A stretch of DNA of 64,000 nt from contig NW_003314321.1 in NCBI RefSeq assembly GCF_000143415.4, positions 506,236-570,235 of the forward strand, written 5' to 3'. This document shows, in pieces, positions 50,667-62,195 of this stretch; position 1 is the stretch's first letter; each line of letters opens with the position of its first letter. The notes under the pieces are model-generated. The model worked only from the letters and a program-made list of their open reading frames with translations. It had not been told where the DNA came from and searched no databases. Source of the DNA: Selaginella moellendorffii. Lineage: Eukaryota; Plantae; Lycopodiophyta. Both the position numbers and the translations under genes were made by a program.

Positions 50667-53375
50667 TTAAACTGGGGTTTCCGGGAGGAGAAGATCGGTG
50701 TTGTCATCAGCATCGCTTTTCCGGAGATCCAGTGATTGTAGAGCGGGATGCTTGTAAGATCCCTGTATGCACTGAAGTAGCTCATCTTTTGCGCCGCTTT
50801 TCTCATCTTCAGTATCCTTCTTCATTGTGGTCTGGAATATATCAAGTGATATCAATAAGTGCTGGAAAGAACGTTTCGTGCATACGTACCTCCATAGAAA
50901 GGTTTGCGAAGATCGGCACGAACCGGCTTTTGCAATAGTTGTCGAAGAAGAGAGTGATAAACGGAAGAAAAATGGTGAGAATGGATGCATTGGGCTTTTG
51001 TTTAACCCCGAAGACGCCAATGAAAGTGATTTGCATCAACACCAGCGCAAATATGACGCTGCTATGGACGTGCGGCCAGAACTGTCCACTTGTTTCATAG
51101 GAAGGCTCATAGACGAACAAAACCTGCGACAAGCACAAAGAACTTCGTCAGAGAAAGGAAACATTGTCACGTTTGATCAACAGTACCTGGTTGCGATAAA
51201 CAATGTATCCAAACACGAGGTAAATCAACAAAAACGGGAGTAGCAACGGTGCCAGGACCGCGTACATGAGGCCCAGCAATATGAATAGTTGCACGCTTGG
51301 GAGAGCACGATAATATGGTAATGAAATAGCGTCTGTCTCGTCGAATGTGGTCTTGCCAAGGATTCGTACTTTGATGAAGTTGAGGAGGAAAATGCCAAGC
51401 TGTAGAATTTCCGTTGAAAACCCAGTCCAACCCGTAGTAAGAATGTAGGTGATGAAGAAAGTGGACTGCAATGAAATGCAAATAAGCGGAAAGTACAGAA
51501 CAATGTAAGTTGCGGCTTACTTGTCTCGGCACATAGATGGCCAACTGGTTTGGAATGTTCTTCGGCTCCGAGAAGCCAGCGTAAAGTTGATCGATCAGAG
51601 ATCCCGACAATGACGAGATGAAGAAGACGTTGCCAACCAGGAAAAAGAAGACTTTCCGTGCCGCTTCTCTTTCCTGAGTACTTCGAGAAACGTGTCCTTC
51701 GACCTTTGAGAGAAACAGCATAAGTGACGGAACAATGTAGAGCAATAGACTAAGTAGCACACTTGGAAGGTAACCAGTAATAACCGACTTAATACCAGGA
51801 CTGCAGCAAAAGGGCGATGTCAATACCAACAAGTGATGAACGAAAAACAAAAATAAGACTTACATCTTCAAGACAATTTTGATGGCAGGGAACCACTTCC
51901 TGAGATTTTCCAGCTGAGCGATAGTTTGAACGAGACCCACAGGGATGACGAAAGTGAGGATGATAGCGAACACCGCGACCCATACTCCGACTGCATAGAG
52001 CTTTGACAAGAGGAGAGGGATAGATAAGTTTGGCCAGTAGACATCCCTAGGTTCTGGAGCCCAATCCGTAACCCAGGCCATTGGATTTTCTGCTTGCTGC
52101 GTCTGTGCGGCCATAGCAGCGCCCCATCGGCTCTTGAACGAAACAAACGCACTAGGAAGTTCTGCCTGTAAAAGAAAAAACAAAACAAACGATGTAACTT
52201 CTAACTTTAAGGATCTAAGGTCACCTCGCCGTTGTTTTGAAGCTCTCGTTGGCCCTCTCTAAACTCGTCGAAGAGTTCCTCAAACTTTCGGGACTTGAAC
52301 TCAAGCTGGTCGACCTTTGAACCAAATAGTCCCAGCCACCCGTCTCGACAAGTTGGCCTTTCATGGGGAGCAATCTGCTTCAATCTCTCAATTTCCTTTA
52401 CGAGCGACTCAAGCGTTTGCTGCAAAAGTAAGTCAGTAACAAGAAACGAGAAAAGATAAAGAGCACAAACCTTCTTGCGCACCACTCTCCAATCGCGAAT
52501 AACCATTTGGTGGGACAAGTAAGTGTGCGGATGATACTGACTAAAAAACCGATCGATGGAAGCACTGTAGCTTTCTTCCTGGCTCTCTCGAGGTATAGAG
52601 CGAACAAGAACAGTGTACTGATCCGGTTGAGGCCGAGCGGTACTTAAAACCTCCAGCCGCTTCTGAGTAACGTGCTTGTATTCCTGGAAACCAAACAAAA
52701 GCTTGAATTTCAAGCAAAGCGAAAGAAATATTCCGGAAACACAGACCATGTGTAGAAGCCAATAAGCCGAGAATGAGATCACATATAGCGCAGCCAGATG
52801 AATCCAGAGCCTACGAAGAAAGAGAAAAAAGATTTTCTTCAAGGGAAGGGTATGATCGAATCTAATCGCTGAGAAAACAAACATACCGATTTGAGCCGTT
52901 ACTTATGTTGGAAATCGTGAATAAATCCAAACTATCGAAGAGAAGCCCAATCTGAGAAGCGTGAGACACCTGGTTGTCGGTGTAATTCAGCGGTGCTAGA
53001 ATTCCAACGCCGATGAGCGTGCAAATCGCGAAGAATCTCATGCTGGAGGAAGAAATGTAAGAGAAGAACGATCAATCGGAAAGGATCCAACCTGAAGATG
53101 AAAATCCGGAGGAGCACAGCCGCATCCAGGCCACACGACGCGATAATCTCGTCTTCCGATGGCTGGAGAGCTCGCTGGATCCATCCAGCTGATGGAACGA
53201 GGCTCGCGAGCTTGAATCGATCCGTCTTGAACACATTCTTCTGGCGCAGCACATACCTCGGGAAATACACATTGACATTCGTGCGCTGCTTGCGGAAGAT
53301 CGAGTAGAGCGAGTAGAAGATCACCGCGAGGCCGATGTTGATCCCGGCGGACGCTACCAATCCTCCCAGCTGCAT
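50667..53375 (-). CDS. OSCA/CSC1 (ERD4/TMEM63) calcium-permeable channel, multi-exon
   Basis: MQLGGLVASAGINIG, GLDAAVLLRI, QYTVLVRSIP, AFVSFKSRWGAA, WAPEPRDVYWPNL, YIVYRNQ, YETSGQFWP. Confidence 0.95.
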
Positions 53376-53692
53376 CGCTACAAACCGATAATCTTCGTCC
53401 TCCTCTCAAACCCTAGAAATAAAAATGTGACACAGTGTTACGTGGCGCTCTGGCACGGGTCCACGTTATGCCGACGTGGCGGGTTTGACACTAGGGGAAG
53501 GGTTTTAGTAGCTAGAGCTTCTTCGTTGTGAGGTAGGCCGCCAACAGGGCGCTTTCTTGGATCTCGCGAAGAAGAAGCTGTTAGATTGGGATCCAATGCG
53601 ATTTTCTTCGCGTTCTAGCGATCGATCTTCAAGCTCTGGCGACGAATCGAGGTTAATCTCGTGAAATATTCCAGGCTCTCCAGTCCGGCACG

Positions 53693-55211
53693 ATGATCCC
53701 GAGATCATGGGGATCTCGCCTCTCGATCTCGCTTCTCCTCATCAATTTGGCAGCGATTATGGAGAAAGCCGACGAATCGCTCCTGCCGGCCGTGTACAAG
53801 GAAGTAGCGCAGACATTCCATGCCACTCCATCGGAGCTAGGGGCTCTCACTTTCATCCGGGCCCTGGTCCAAGCGATATTCTCCCCGGCGGCAGGGATCT
53901 TGTCGATGCGCTACAATCGTCCGGCAGTGATTGGCCTGGGCACGATCTTTTGGGCATTCTCCACCGCCGCCGTGGCCTTCTCCCAGAATTTCTCCCAGTG
54001 CGCGTGGTCCAGGGCCGTCAATGGCATCGGTCTCGCCATCGTGATCCCCGCGACGCAGTCTTTTATCGCGGATAGCTACTTGGATGGTGGTAGAGGCGTC
54101 GCGTTTGGATGGCTCAATCTGGTGGGATCCTTGGGGGGGATTGGGGGAAGCATGGCCGCGACTATCATGGCCGGCTATGAGATTGCTGGAATGCCTGGAT
54201 GGCGCTTCGCGTTTATCCTCATGGCTTTGCTCAGTGCTTTCATCGGGTGGCTGGTTCATCAGTTTGTCATCGATCCAAGAGGGGGATCAAGCCTTCCGTC
54301 TTCGATGCTGTAAGTTCTTTCGGTTCTTTCTCTGGTGTTCTAAGCTCTCTCTCTCTCTGTCTTTTTTTTTTTGTAGTCGGAGTGAGAAGGAGATGAAAGC
54401 TCTCCCAAACATTTGGAGGGACTCCTTCTCTGCGATCAACAACATCGTGAGGGTACGGACTTTTCAGCTGATAGTCTTGCAAGGACTTGTTGGATCATTT
54501 CCTTGGACAGCGATGGTGTTCTTCACAATGTGGTTCCAACTTATTGGCAAGCTTTCCTATCGATTTTTTCTCTCGTTTTCCTGACTCGTGGCTACCTCTT
54601 TCCCAGGCTTTGGACACAAAGGAGCAGCAATGCTAGTCGGACTCTTCTCCATGGGAAATGCCTTTGGCGCTCTCCTCGGTGGCTGGATCGGTGACCAGGC
54701 GGCTCGGAGATATCCAAACTCGGGCCGGATTATGTGTGCGCAGTTCAGCTCGTTCATGGGAATCCCATTCTCGTGGCTGCTGCTCCACGGACTCCCGCAA
54801 GAACCAGGTCTCTGGTACGCATTCGCAGTTACTCTCGTTTGCATGGGACTTATCATCAGCTGGAACCAAGCTTGTGCCAACAATCCCATGTTTGCAGACG
54901 TGGTTCCTCCCAAGCACAGAACGATGATTTACGCTTTCGACCGGGCCTTTGAGGGAGCTTTCTCGGCCATGGCCGCTCCTCTCGTGGGAATTCTGGCCGA
55001 GCAAGTCTATGGATACAGGCGAGGAGTGATTATCACGGAAGTTGGCTCCAGAGAGGAAGCCATTGCTCTATCCAGGGGACTGTTTGCGATGATGGCTATA
55101 CCTTTCGGGATTTGCTGCCTCTCCTACACTCCCCTTTACAGGACTTACAAGCTCGACAGGCTCAGGCCGATGGGAGCTCAACACCAGAGTGATTCTTCTA
55201 TAAACTTTTGA
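53693..55211 (+). CDS. Major facilitator superfamily transporter (spinster-like), 3 exons; second intron is GC-AG (54547-54606)
   Basis: LINLAAIMEKADESLLPAVY, RAVNGIGLAIVIP, QGLVGSFPW, IYAFDRAFEG; multiple TM segments. Confidence 0.93.
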
Positions 55212-55607
55212 TAAATTCATCCCTCACGTTTGGATTTAACAGGTGACTTTGAATCGAGTGAAAAGATGACTGATCAGGAAGGGTGATAACTTACTTGGTC
55301 GACGCAAAAGGATACAGCGTTGGCAAGCCAACTGTAAGATCCTTCTCTGTTACAGTAGTACTGTAATATGAATCATTTTAACACCGAAGCTTTCGTGTTC
55401 TTGCCGCCAATTTTTTCCCCGCGAGAATGGCGACGAGTTATGGCTGCGGATTCCAAGCGACTGCCGTCCTAAACAGGTATGCTCGACAAAACAAAATGCT
55501 GTCAACAGCTTCTTTTGTTTTTGTTAGCTAAGAGAAACTTGGAAGAAGCTCTCACTTAAGTTTTGTGTCTGGATGTTGTTCTCGTGAGAGCTTTGCTTTG
55601 GGGCGCA

Positions 55608-57770
55608 ATGGCAGAGCAAGGAGAAGTTCACGAGAAATTAGAGGGTCATGACACTAAAGAGCACAAGATTTCCTTCCATGAAGAAGACCACCATGTCAAG
55701 AAAGAGTCTCTTCTCAATGGGGATCAAGCAGTAGCTGTGCCACTCAAGAAGCCTGTTCGCATCGCTACACTGGACGTTTTCCGTGGCCTCACAGTAGCGG
55801 TAAGTAGAGTTTTCAAGTTCTCTTCTTTATCCAATTCTAACTTCTGATGGTTTGGTTCTAGCTTATGGTGTTGGTGGATGATGCCGGTGGAGAGTGGCCA
55901 AGAATCAATCACTCGCCATGGAATGGATGCACGCTTGCTGATCTTGTGATGCCATTTTTTCTCTTCATTGTGGGTGTAGCTATCGCTCTTGCGTTAAAGG
56001 TAGACCTCTCAGACTGTGACCTTCAGATTTTAATCCCTTCTCCTTTGCGTGCAGAGAATCCCGGACCAGGTGGCAGCAACACAAAAGGTCGTGATAAGAA
56101 CTCTCAAGCTTCTTTTCTGGGGACTGCTGCTTCAAGGTACTCACACATTTTACATGAGAGATTGTGAATCTTTTTCCTTGTTTCATTTGTAGGTGGCTTT
56201 TCTCACGCACCGGACGATCTAAGTTATGGAGTTGACATGAGGAAAATTCGGTGGTGTGGCATTCTTCAAGTGAGCTTTAGCTTTGTATTTCATTTCCTTT
56301 GGCTATAGATGTGTATTTTCCAGCGCATTGCCTTTGGCTACCTGATAGTTGCTCTGGTGGAGATCGCTACAACCAAGAGCCGGTCGTTGGAATTGCCAAA
56401 AGGACACTTTGGAATTTTCAAGCTCTACAAATGGCACTGGTAAGTTTTCTTAATCTCGTATAGATATCTCTACTGGCAACTTTGTATGGTATCAGGGCCT
56501 GCGCGTTGGCTGTTGTTATAATCTATCACTCGGTTGCCTATGGGCTCTACGTCCCTGACTGGCACTTCATAGATTCGGGTCATCGTTTTGTTGTAAGTCT
56601 GGCAAAGTTTGTTTTTTCTTCCCAAATAAATGTCCTCTTGTTCTCATTCGCCATCAGGTTCAATGTGGTGTTCGAGGAGATATTGGCCCCGCTTGCAATG
56701 CAGTTGGACATATCGATCGCACGATTCTTGGAATCAATCATCTCTACCAAAGTCCCGAGTGGACAAGAACTCAGGTACTTGAACATTCTATTCTTTTTAG
56801 AATCAACGGAAACTTTGGTGTTGTCTTCTCAGTCTTGTGATTTGGATTCACCGGCAGAAGGCGATCCTCCCGCTAATGCTCCAGCTTGGTGCAAAGCTCC
56901 ATTTGAACCAGAAGGGATTTTAAGGTTCGAGATTTTCTTGCTGCTATATTTCTTGCTCACCATGTCTACGTCTATAGCTCAATCTCGGCAATTCTAAGCT
57001 GTATAATTGGGATCCATTATGGACACGTCCTCATACACTTCAAGGTACTCGTGCTAGCTTCGCAAAGTTTGCTAGTATATATTCTTTTCCTTCTTTCTCT
57101 GAAGGGACATATGAAGCGAGTTTTGCACTGGACGATCCCTGCAGCCGCGCTTCTCGTCCTTGCAACTATTCTCCACTTCACTCATGGTAACAATCTCTCT
57201 TTCTCAAGCCGAAGTTAAAGTTTTCTCGAATGGTGATCTCAGCGATTCCACTCAACAAGCAACTCTACAGCTTCAGCTACGTGTGCTTCACAGCTGGAGC
57301 TGCCGGAATGATTTTCTCGCTGCTCTACGTCGTGGTAACGAAAGATACTCCTTTGTTTCTTACTGCCACGAAATCCTCAGGTCTCTCTCTCTTTCTGAAT
57401 GGCAGATTGATATCTTTGGCATCAACCAGCCGACTTTGATCTTCCAGTGGATGGGACTCAACGCAATGTTCGTGTTTGTGATGGCTGCCTCTGGAATCGC
57501 TGCCGCCTTCGTCAATGGCTGGTACTGGCACGATCCCAGCAACAATCTGGTATGAAGCAGTTCTTCGCTTGGTTTTCTCTCACTCACGAGAGCTCCAATG
57601 ATGCTCAAATGTTTTGCTCGCAGGTAAACTGGATCAAGAAGCATGTTTTTGTAAACGTGTGGCATTCCCAGCGAGTTGGAACGCTGCTTTACGTTTTGAT
57701 CGCAGAGATCCTGTTCTGGGGACTCGTCTCTGGCATTTTGCACTGGCGAGGTATCTATTGGAAACTCTGA
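55608..57770 (+). CDS. Heparan-alpha-glucosaminide N-acetyltransferase (HGSNAT)-like membrane protein, many short exons
   Basis: RIATLDVFRGLTVA|LMVLVD, INHSPWNGCTLADLVMPFFLFIVG, CGILQ|RIA, APFEPEGIL, IPLNKQLYSFSY, WMGLNAM. Confidence 0.93.
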
Positions 57771-57800
57771 AATGAAAATACTCCGCTTAAACTCGAGTCC

Positions 57801-57881
57801 AAAGTGATCAAGGTGACCATGGTTTCCGATAATCTGCCGTCTTGTGATCTTCGACGCCAATTTCCCAGTATGAGAGTCCAT
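57801..57881 (-). pseudogene. Degenerate DYW-domain fragment
   Basis: [22 protein letters not shown] aligns at the DNA level with 63736-63820 (tgtgatcttcgacgcca.tttccca). Confidence 0.75.
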
Positions 57882-58001
57882 GATCCTTCGAAAGAGGCGG
57901 CCGAGATTCTGTTGATAGTGGGGCAGATTCTTGTCATGACTGTAATGGGCATTTGGCCTAGGTAGCGGGAGAATATACTATCACCGGAATCATGTGAAAA
58001 T

Positions 58002-58073
58002 GGTTTCGTGGTCTAGTGGTGATGACACTGGACTCTGAATCCAGTAACCCGAGTTCGAATCTCGGCGAAACCT
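58002..58073 (+). tRNA. tRNA-Gln (CTG)
   Basis: GGTTTCG/CGAAACC acceptor stem, CTGGA-CTCTGAA-TCCAG anticodon arm, CCGAG-TTCGAAT-CTCGG T arm, 72 nt. No T4+ terminator immediately downstream. Confidence 0.9.
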
Positions 58074-58213
58074 TGTCCTTGAGAAATCTTTGAGATCCTT
58101 CACGTAAATTTCTGAATTGCGTGGCTGCTCGCTCAACACCTCCGACACCTTCCAGTTTCCAAACTTGACGTCGATCGAGCAGAGCTTTTCAGCAGGGTTT
58201 TCCTGTGTTGTTG

Positions 58214-58380
58214 GACACGGGATTCGCAAAAATGTTTAACTCAGCATGGAATGTTTTGACTAGTCAGTGTGTAAAACGTTCTAGATGGGTTCAAATGGAG
58301 TAAATGACAGTCTCTGTTGTCTCGTGTAACGGTGTTGACTCAATTGAACGACTGTAATATGTTGGTTTTGGGGTGTCGAT
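58214..58380. repeat. Diverged direct repeat, copy A (copy B at ~63008-63132)
   Basis: Collinear blocks acgggat.cgcaaaa, ttttgacta, ttcaaatgg, atgacagtc, tgtaacg, tgactc.att.aacgac. Confidence 0.7.
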
Positions 58381-58981
58381 CATTTACGTATTTTTGTCTA
58401 ATTTCTCACGCTGAGAGGAACATGGCAGCGGCTACGATCACAATCACTGCTTCTCTTCGTGTCTCAGATTCCACACAGACGGTTTCCATCACCGAAAGTG
58501 TACACTGGAGTGATATCAGCAACGCAGTCCGTCAATTCCCCAAATGTTCTTAGGCCTAGTAAGTTCAAGACTTGGAAAACTTTCTTCCTTTCCCTAGCCT
58601 TCGGTATAAATTCTAGGTGCGCTTGCCGGCATCGTCTCACAGTGATGTTTGTAGGGCCAAAATTCCGGACGGAGCGGAGTCTAGGGAGCTCAAGGTAGGA
58701 TCTTACCTTGGAGTCGCTGCTACTTCTTTGAATCCTCCGAAGTTCATCACGAAGGTTGCTGTTTTATGTTTTTTTTTCCAGCGACGGGGAACTATCGGCG
58801 TCCCTCTTGTATTTCATATGCTTCTTTCGTTTTGTTCTTGTGGAAGATTCTAGTCTTTTCCATGTTGTGAGGGATGACTCATCAAACTCCTCGAGCGAAG
58901 GCTGCCACCGTCGACGTGCCCAGCGGTCGCATTTTCCAAGCCGGCAGTCGATGACATGAAGCACCTTCACCGTTTTTCCAG

Positions 58982-59766
58982 CTATACCAAAGAAAGAGCT
59001 GAAATGGTAACAAAGCCTAGCATTGCGGCTGAGGAAAGTCCCTCTCCTGTCCAAGGGTGAGCTTCCGAGACATAGATAGAGTCTTTCGATTCGTCGTAAT
59101 GGACAAACCATGTGTTGATGTAGTTTGATAGAAAGCCGAATTTAAGCTTGTTCCTCTGCAAATACCCAGTAAGTTGACCAATGATGTGATAATACGGACC
59201 TCCTGACGGATGAGGATCTCGCTTCCCCAACTTTGTTGCACCCATTTCTGATGCAATTCCTCGTATGAGCTGACCTGAAGCGCATTCCATGTTTTCATCT
59301 CACCTGGAGACAATGGTTTCCATTTCCCATCTTGTAGCACGAAAGCTAGTAGATGATCCGGCATTCCTTGAAAACCTGGACTAGCAAGAGACTTGGAGGC
59401 TCTGAATGAGCTCCATTGCAATGGCAGAGCATATGCATGTTGTAAGATTATCGATGCCACTTCTAAAGCTTGACTAAGTGCACTCTGTAGGCATATTTCT
59501 TGGACAGCATGCACAGTGTGTTGATTGAAGGCAGGGATCCGAATTAAATAGTCTGGATCAAGAAGTAGCAACAAGTGTTTCTTCAGCTCATCAAATTCGG
59601 ACCAGGGGCGCATTTTGGCTGGAAACCATTTCAGTGCTTTGTTTTTGTGCGTTGATCGATTCATTTGCGGAGCAATGTCGACGTGAGGCAATCGTCCTAG
59701 AACGATTTCTCTAATTGTCTTTTCCTCGGATCTTGGCCATCTCCGAAGAAGCGGAGACCAGTCCAT
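58982..59766 (-). pseudogene. PD-(D/E)xK restriction-endonuclease-fold protein (Crinkler/Spok-like nuclease) with one -1 frameshift near 59232
   Basis: Frame 1: FPAKMRPWSEF...GMPDHL...PGEMKTW. Frame 2: IIGQLTGYLQRNKLKFGFLSNYINTWF. One extra A in caa caa (a)ag ttg joins them into a ~260-aa ORF. Confidence 0.7.
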
Positions 59767-59934
59767 TGAGTAGCAACACGGAAAAAAAGCCGAGAGCAGC
59801 GAGTCTAGTATCCAAGATCAATGGGTTCTTCGCATTGCTGCTAAACGAGCACTGGACTTGTGATGACAGCTCCTGGCATTTTTGGCGGCGCTAGATACAT
59901 CATACCCCCAGAACGCATCCGATCACCGGCGTCA

Positions 59935-60350
59935 CACGTCCCCTTTTCGGAGATTGCAACCAAATCCGAGCTGCTGCGTGTGCAAGATTGATCGATCCTA
60001 CACGTCCGGCGGTTGCAACCTCAAATTCGAGCTTCGGCGTGTGCAAGATTGATCGATCACACTGGTTATTGGCTCTCAGGAACAAAGATCGCTCCTTTAG
60101 AGCAACCGGGCTGCCATGAGACACTATGCGTTGAAAGATCGCTACTTTAGCCCTGCCGCTGCTCCGGAAGAAGCCCCAGACCCGACATACGCTCACCGCG
60201 TTCTCGAGCTCCCGCTCAGCGAGCGCGACGATCCTCTGTAAGACCTCCGATCAGGATCCCGGAGGCCTTAAGGCGCTTCCTTGTGCTAGCTACAAGCTCG
60301 GGCAGGATCCCGGAGGCAAGGTGCTTCCTTGTGCTAGCTACAAGCACGGG
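59935..60350. repeat. Two tandem duplications (~60 bp and ~50 bp) in the divergent spacer
   Basis: 59935-59997 vs 60001-60057 (gcgtgtgcaagattgatcgatc); 60251-60302 vs 60303-60350 (caggatcccggaggc...gcttccttgtgctagctacaagc). Confidence 0.9.
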
Positions 60351-60668
60351 CTTTCTTGCTGATCTGATCAAGCGAGCGCGAGCCAAGCAGATGCGGCTTT
60401 GCCATACATTGCATCAACGCAACGGAAAGAGACCGTACATTTCCACACCGCAGAGAGACACCCTTGTACCTTGTCAAAACAATGCGCGCCCGAGATGCCC
60501 CAAAAACCCGGTGAAGAAGAAGTGCCTGTTGGTTTAATCAGGGCCGTCTGATCCATGAGATCCGACGGCTGTGAGGCGGGTTAATTTCTTAAAGCATTTT
60601 GGGGCACAGATTCGAACCTTGTGATGTCTTAGACGAGAAAAAAGTTTTTTGAAAAGAAACCTAGGCAA

Positions 60669-62195
60669 ATGGCAGAAGAAGTGCGATACAGGGTAAGCCG
60701 CTTAGCTGCGAGTAGAGCTCTGGAATTGCTTCATGTGCCCCAGAAAAGTGGTGTAAGGCGTGATGAAGATGGCCCCTTCCTACATGCTAGGGATCTCCTT
60801 GGTTGCCCGTTTGTGCGGCCGCTTATTAGCAGCAACGTTTCAGTGGGACGAAGTATTGCCACTGCTGATTGGGGAGTAGGGCGGGAGCTATTCCCAACCA
60901 AGCTTTATGTATGGAATAACATCCATGAGCTGGTCGATCGCTTTGTTGCAAGAGAGATCGATGAAACAGAGGAAGTCTTTTTTGTGCCTGAGCGGCATCG
61001 ACAAGCTTATCCTGTGGATTCTCTAGCTGCGATGGCAGTTATCGGCAGCCGACTCTTCGAGCGGCTGCCACAGGTCTTTACAGGGCGCTTGGTTCCCGAG
61101 CTTAGCATCATGTTGGCAGGCAACAATCGAAGTGTAAGACCCTGGGGTTGTTTGGTAGGAGTAATTCATTTGGAGCTTGAGGGGCTGGGTGTGCAAGACA
61201 TTGCTGCGAATTTAGAACGTGGTTCTCGCTTCAGAGAAGCTATGGAGAGGGTTTATTGTTACTGTGAGCAGTGGAAGACAGACTATGCGGTGATTATTGG
61301 TGCACGCCATCTGTGGTTTTGTGTCAGGCGTGGCTACAATGGCTTTGCTATAGCTGAACCGATGAAGATCTCTGAGGTGCCAATGAAATACTTTTGGTAT
61401 CTCATCTTCTCCGGTGTAGCCGATGCCACCGATGCCACCGAGTCACAGCATGATCCATACATTTGTGAGGAGCTCCCGATGCTACGTGTGATACTGCCCA
61501 AGGATTTCAACAAGCTTGTCAAGCGCAACATGAAGAACCTAGCAAGCGAGTTGGCATACATCTCCACAGCAAAGGTGCATAAGAAGCTTAAGTTTTGGAG
61601 GTTTGAGGAGTTTTACAGGGAGTTCCAGCAGGGAATGGTGTTGTCTTCGAAAGTGGCAAGGGCAGTGTACAGAGGATCTGAGAAAGTGGTGGTGAAGATG
61701 GTGGACATGTCTCAACCGGATTCAAAGGTTGGTGCTGCCATGCTGTTTGTCCGGGAGATTCTCATGTATTCTAGGCTCAAAGCCATGCAAGGTCGTGGAG
61801 TTCCCAAGCTCTTAGAGTATGGCGTCCTCAATGGGGATATGTTCTCAGTGATTGTCATGTCTGATGAAGGTGATAGTACTCTTCCTTGCCGAACATATCC
61901 CCAACTCAAAGAGCCTGCCACAAGAGTGTTGCGCGAGATTTACCAGTGTGGTGCTTATCATGGGACTTTTGAGGTTTCAGATGTTGTGGTCTCTGTGGAC
62001 CGTGATCTACCACCCAAAGTTAGCATTGTGGGCTTCTCCTTGGGTGGCATTGTCTCAATTGAGCATAATCCTTGGAGGGATGAGCTGAGTTGTGTCATGT
62101 CAGCTATTGGAATCATGGAGGAGTCATCATTGGAAGAAGATGGCACCGAGGATGAGGAGAATGAAGATTACTACTCTAGCATGGAAAGCCCCTAG
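60669..62195 (+). CDS. 508-aa intronless protein: degenerate REase-like domain + atypical pseudokinase + acidic tail
   Basis: Kinase fold VVVK (beta3 Lys), REILMYSRLKAMQGRGVPKLLEYG, YHGTF (HxD Asp lost), IVGFS (DFG Asp lost). N-half FPTKLYVWN...ERVYCYCEQWKTDYAVIIGARHLWF is homologous to the adjacent nuclease. Confidence 0.8.
   Translation: MAEEVRYRVSRLAASRALELLHVPQKSGVRRDEDGPFLHARDLLGCPFVRPLISSNVSVGRSIATADWGVGRELFPTKLYVWNNIHELVDRFVAREIDETEEVFFVPERHRQAYPVDSLAAMAVIGSRLFERLPQVFTGRLVPELSIMLAGNNRSVRPWGCLVGVIHLELEGLGVQDIAANLERGSRFREAMERVYCYCEQWKTDYAVIIGARHLWFCVRRGYNGFAIAEPMKISEVPMKYFWYLIFSGVADATDATESQHDPYICEELPMLRVILPKDFNKLVKRNMKNLASELAYISTAKVHKKLKFWRFEEFYREFQQGMVLSSKVARAVYRGSEKVVVKMVDMSQPDSKVGAAMLFVREILMYSRLKAMQGRGVPKLLEYGVLNGDMFSVIVMSDEGDSTLPCRTYPQLKEPATRVLREIYQCGAYHGTFEVSDVVVSVDRDLPPKVSIVGFSLGGIVSIEHNPWRDELSCVMSAIGIMEESSLEEDGTEDEENEDYYSSMESP

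Noticed and set aside
58421-58760. Short plus-strand ORF pieces (MAAATITITASLRV...)
   Set aside because: Too short, interrupted by a stop, no assignable family.
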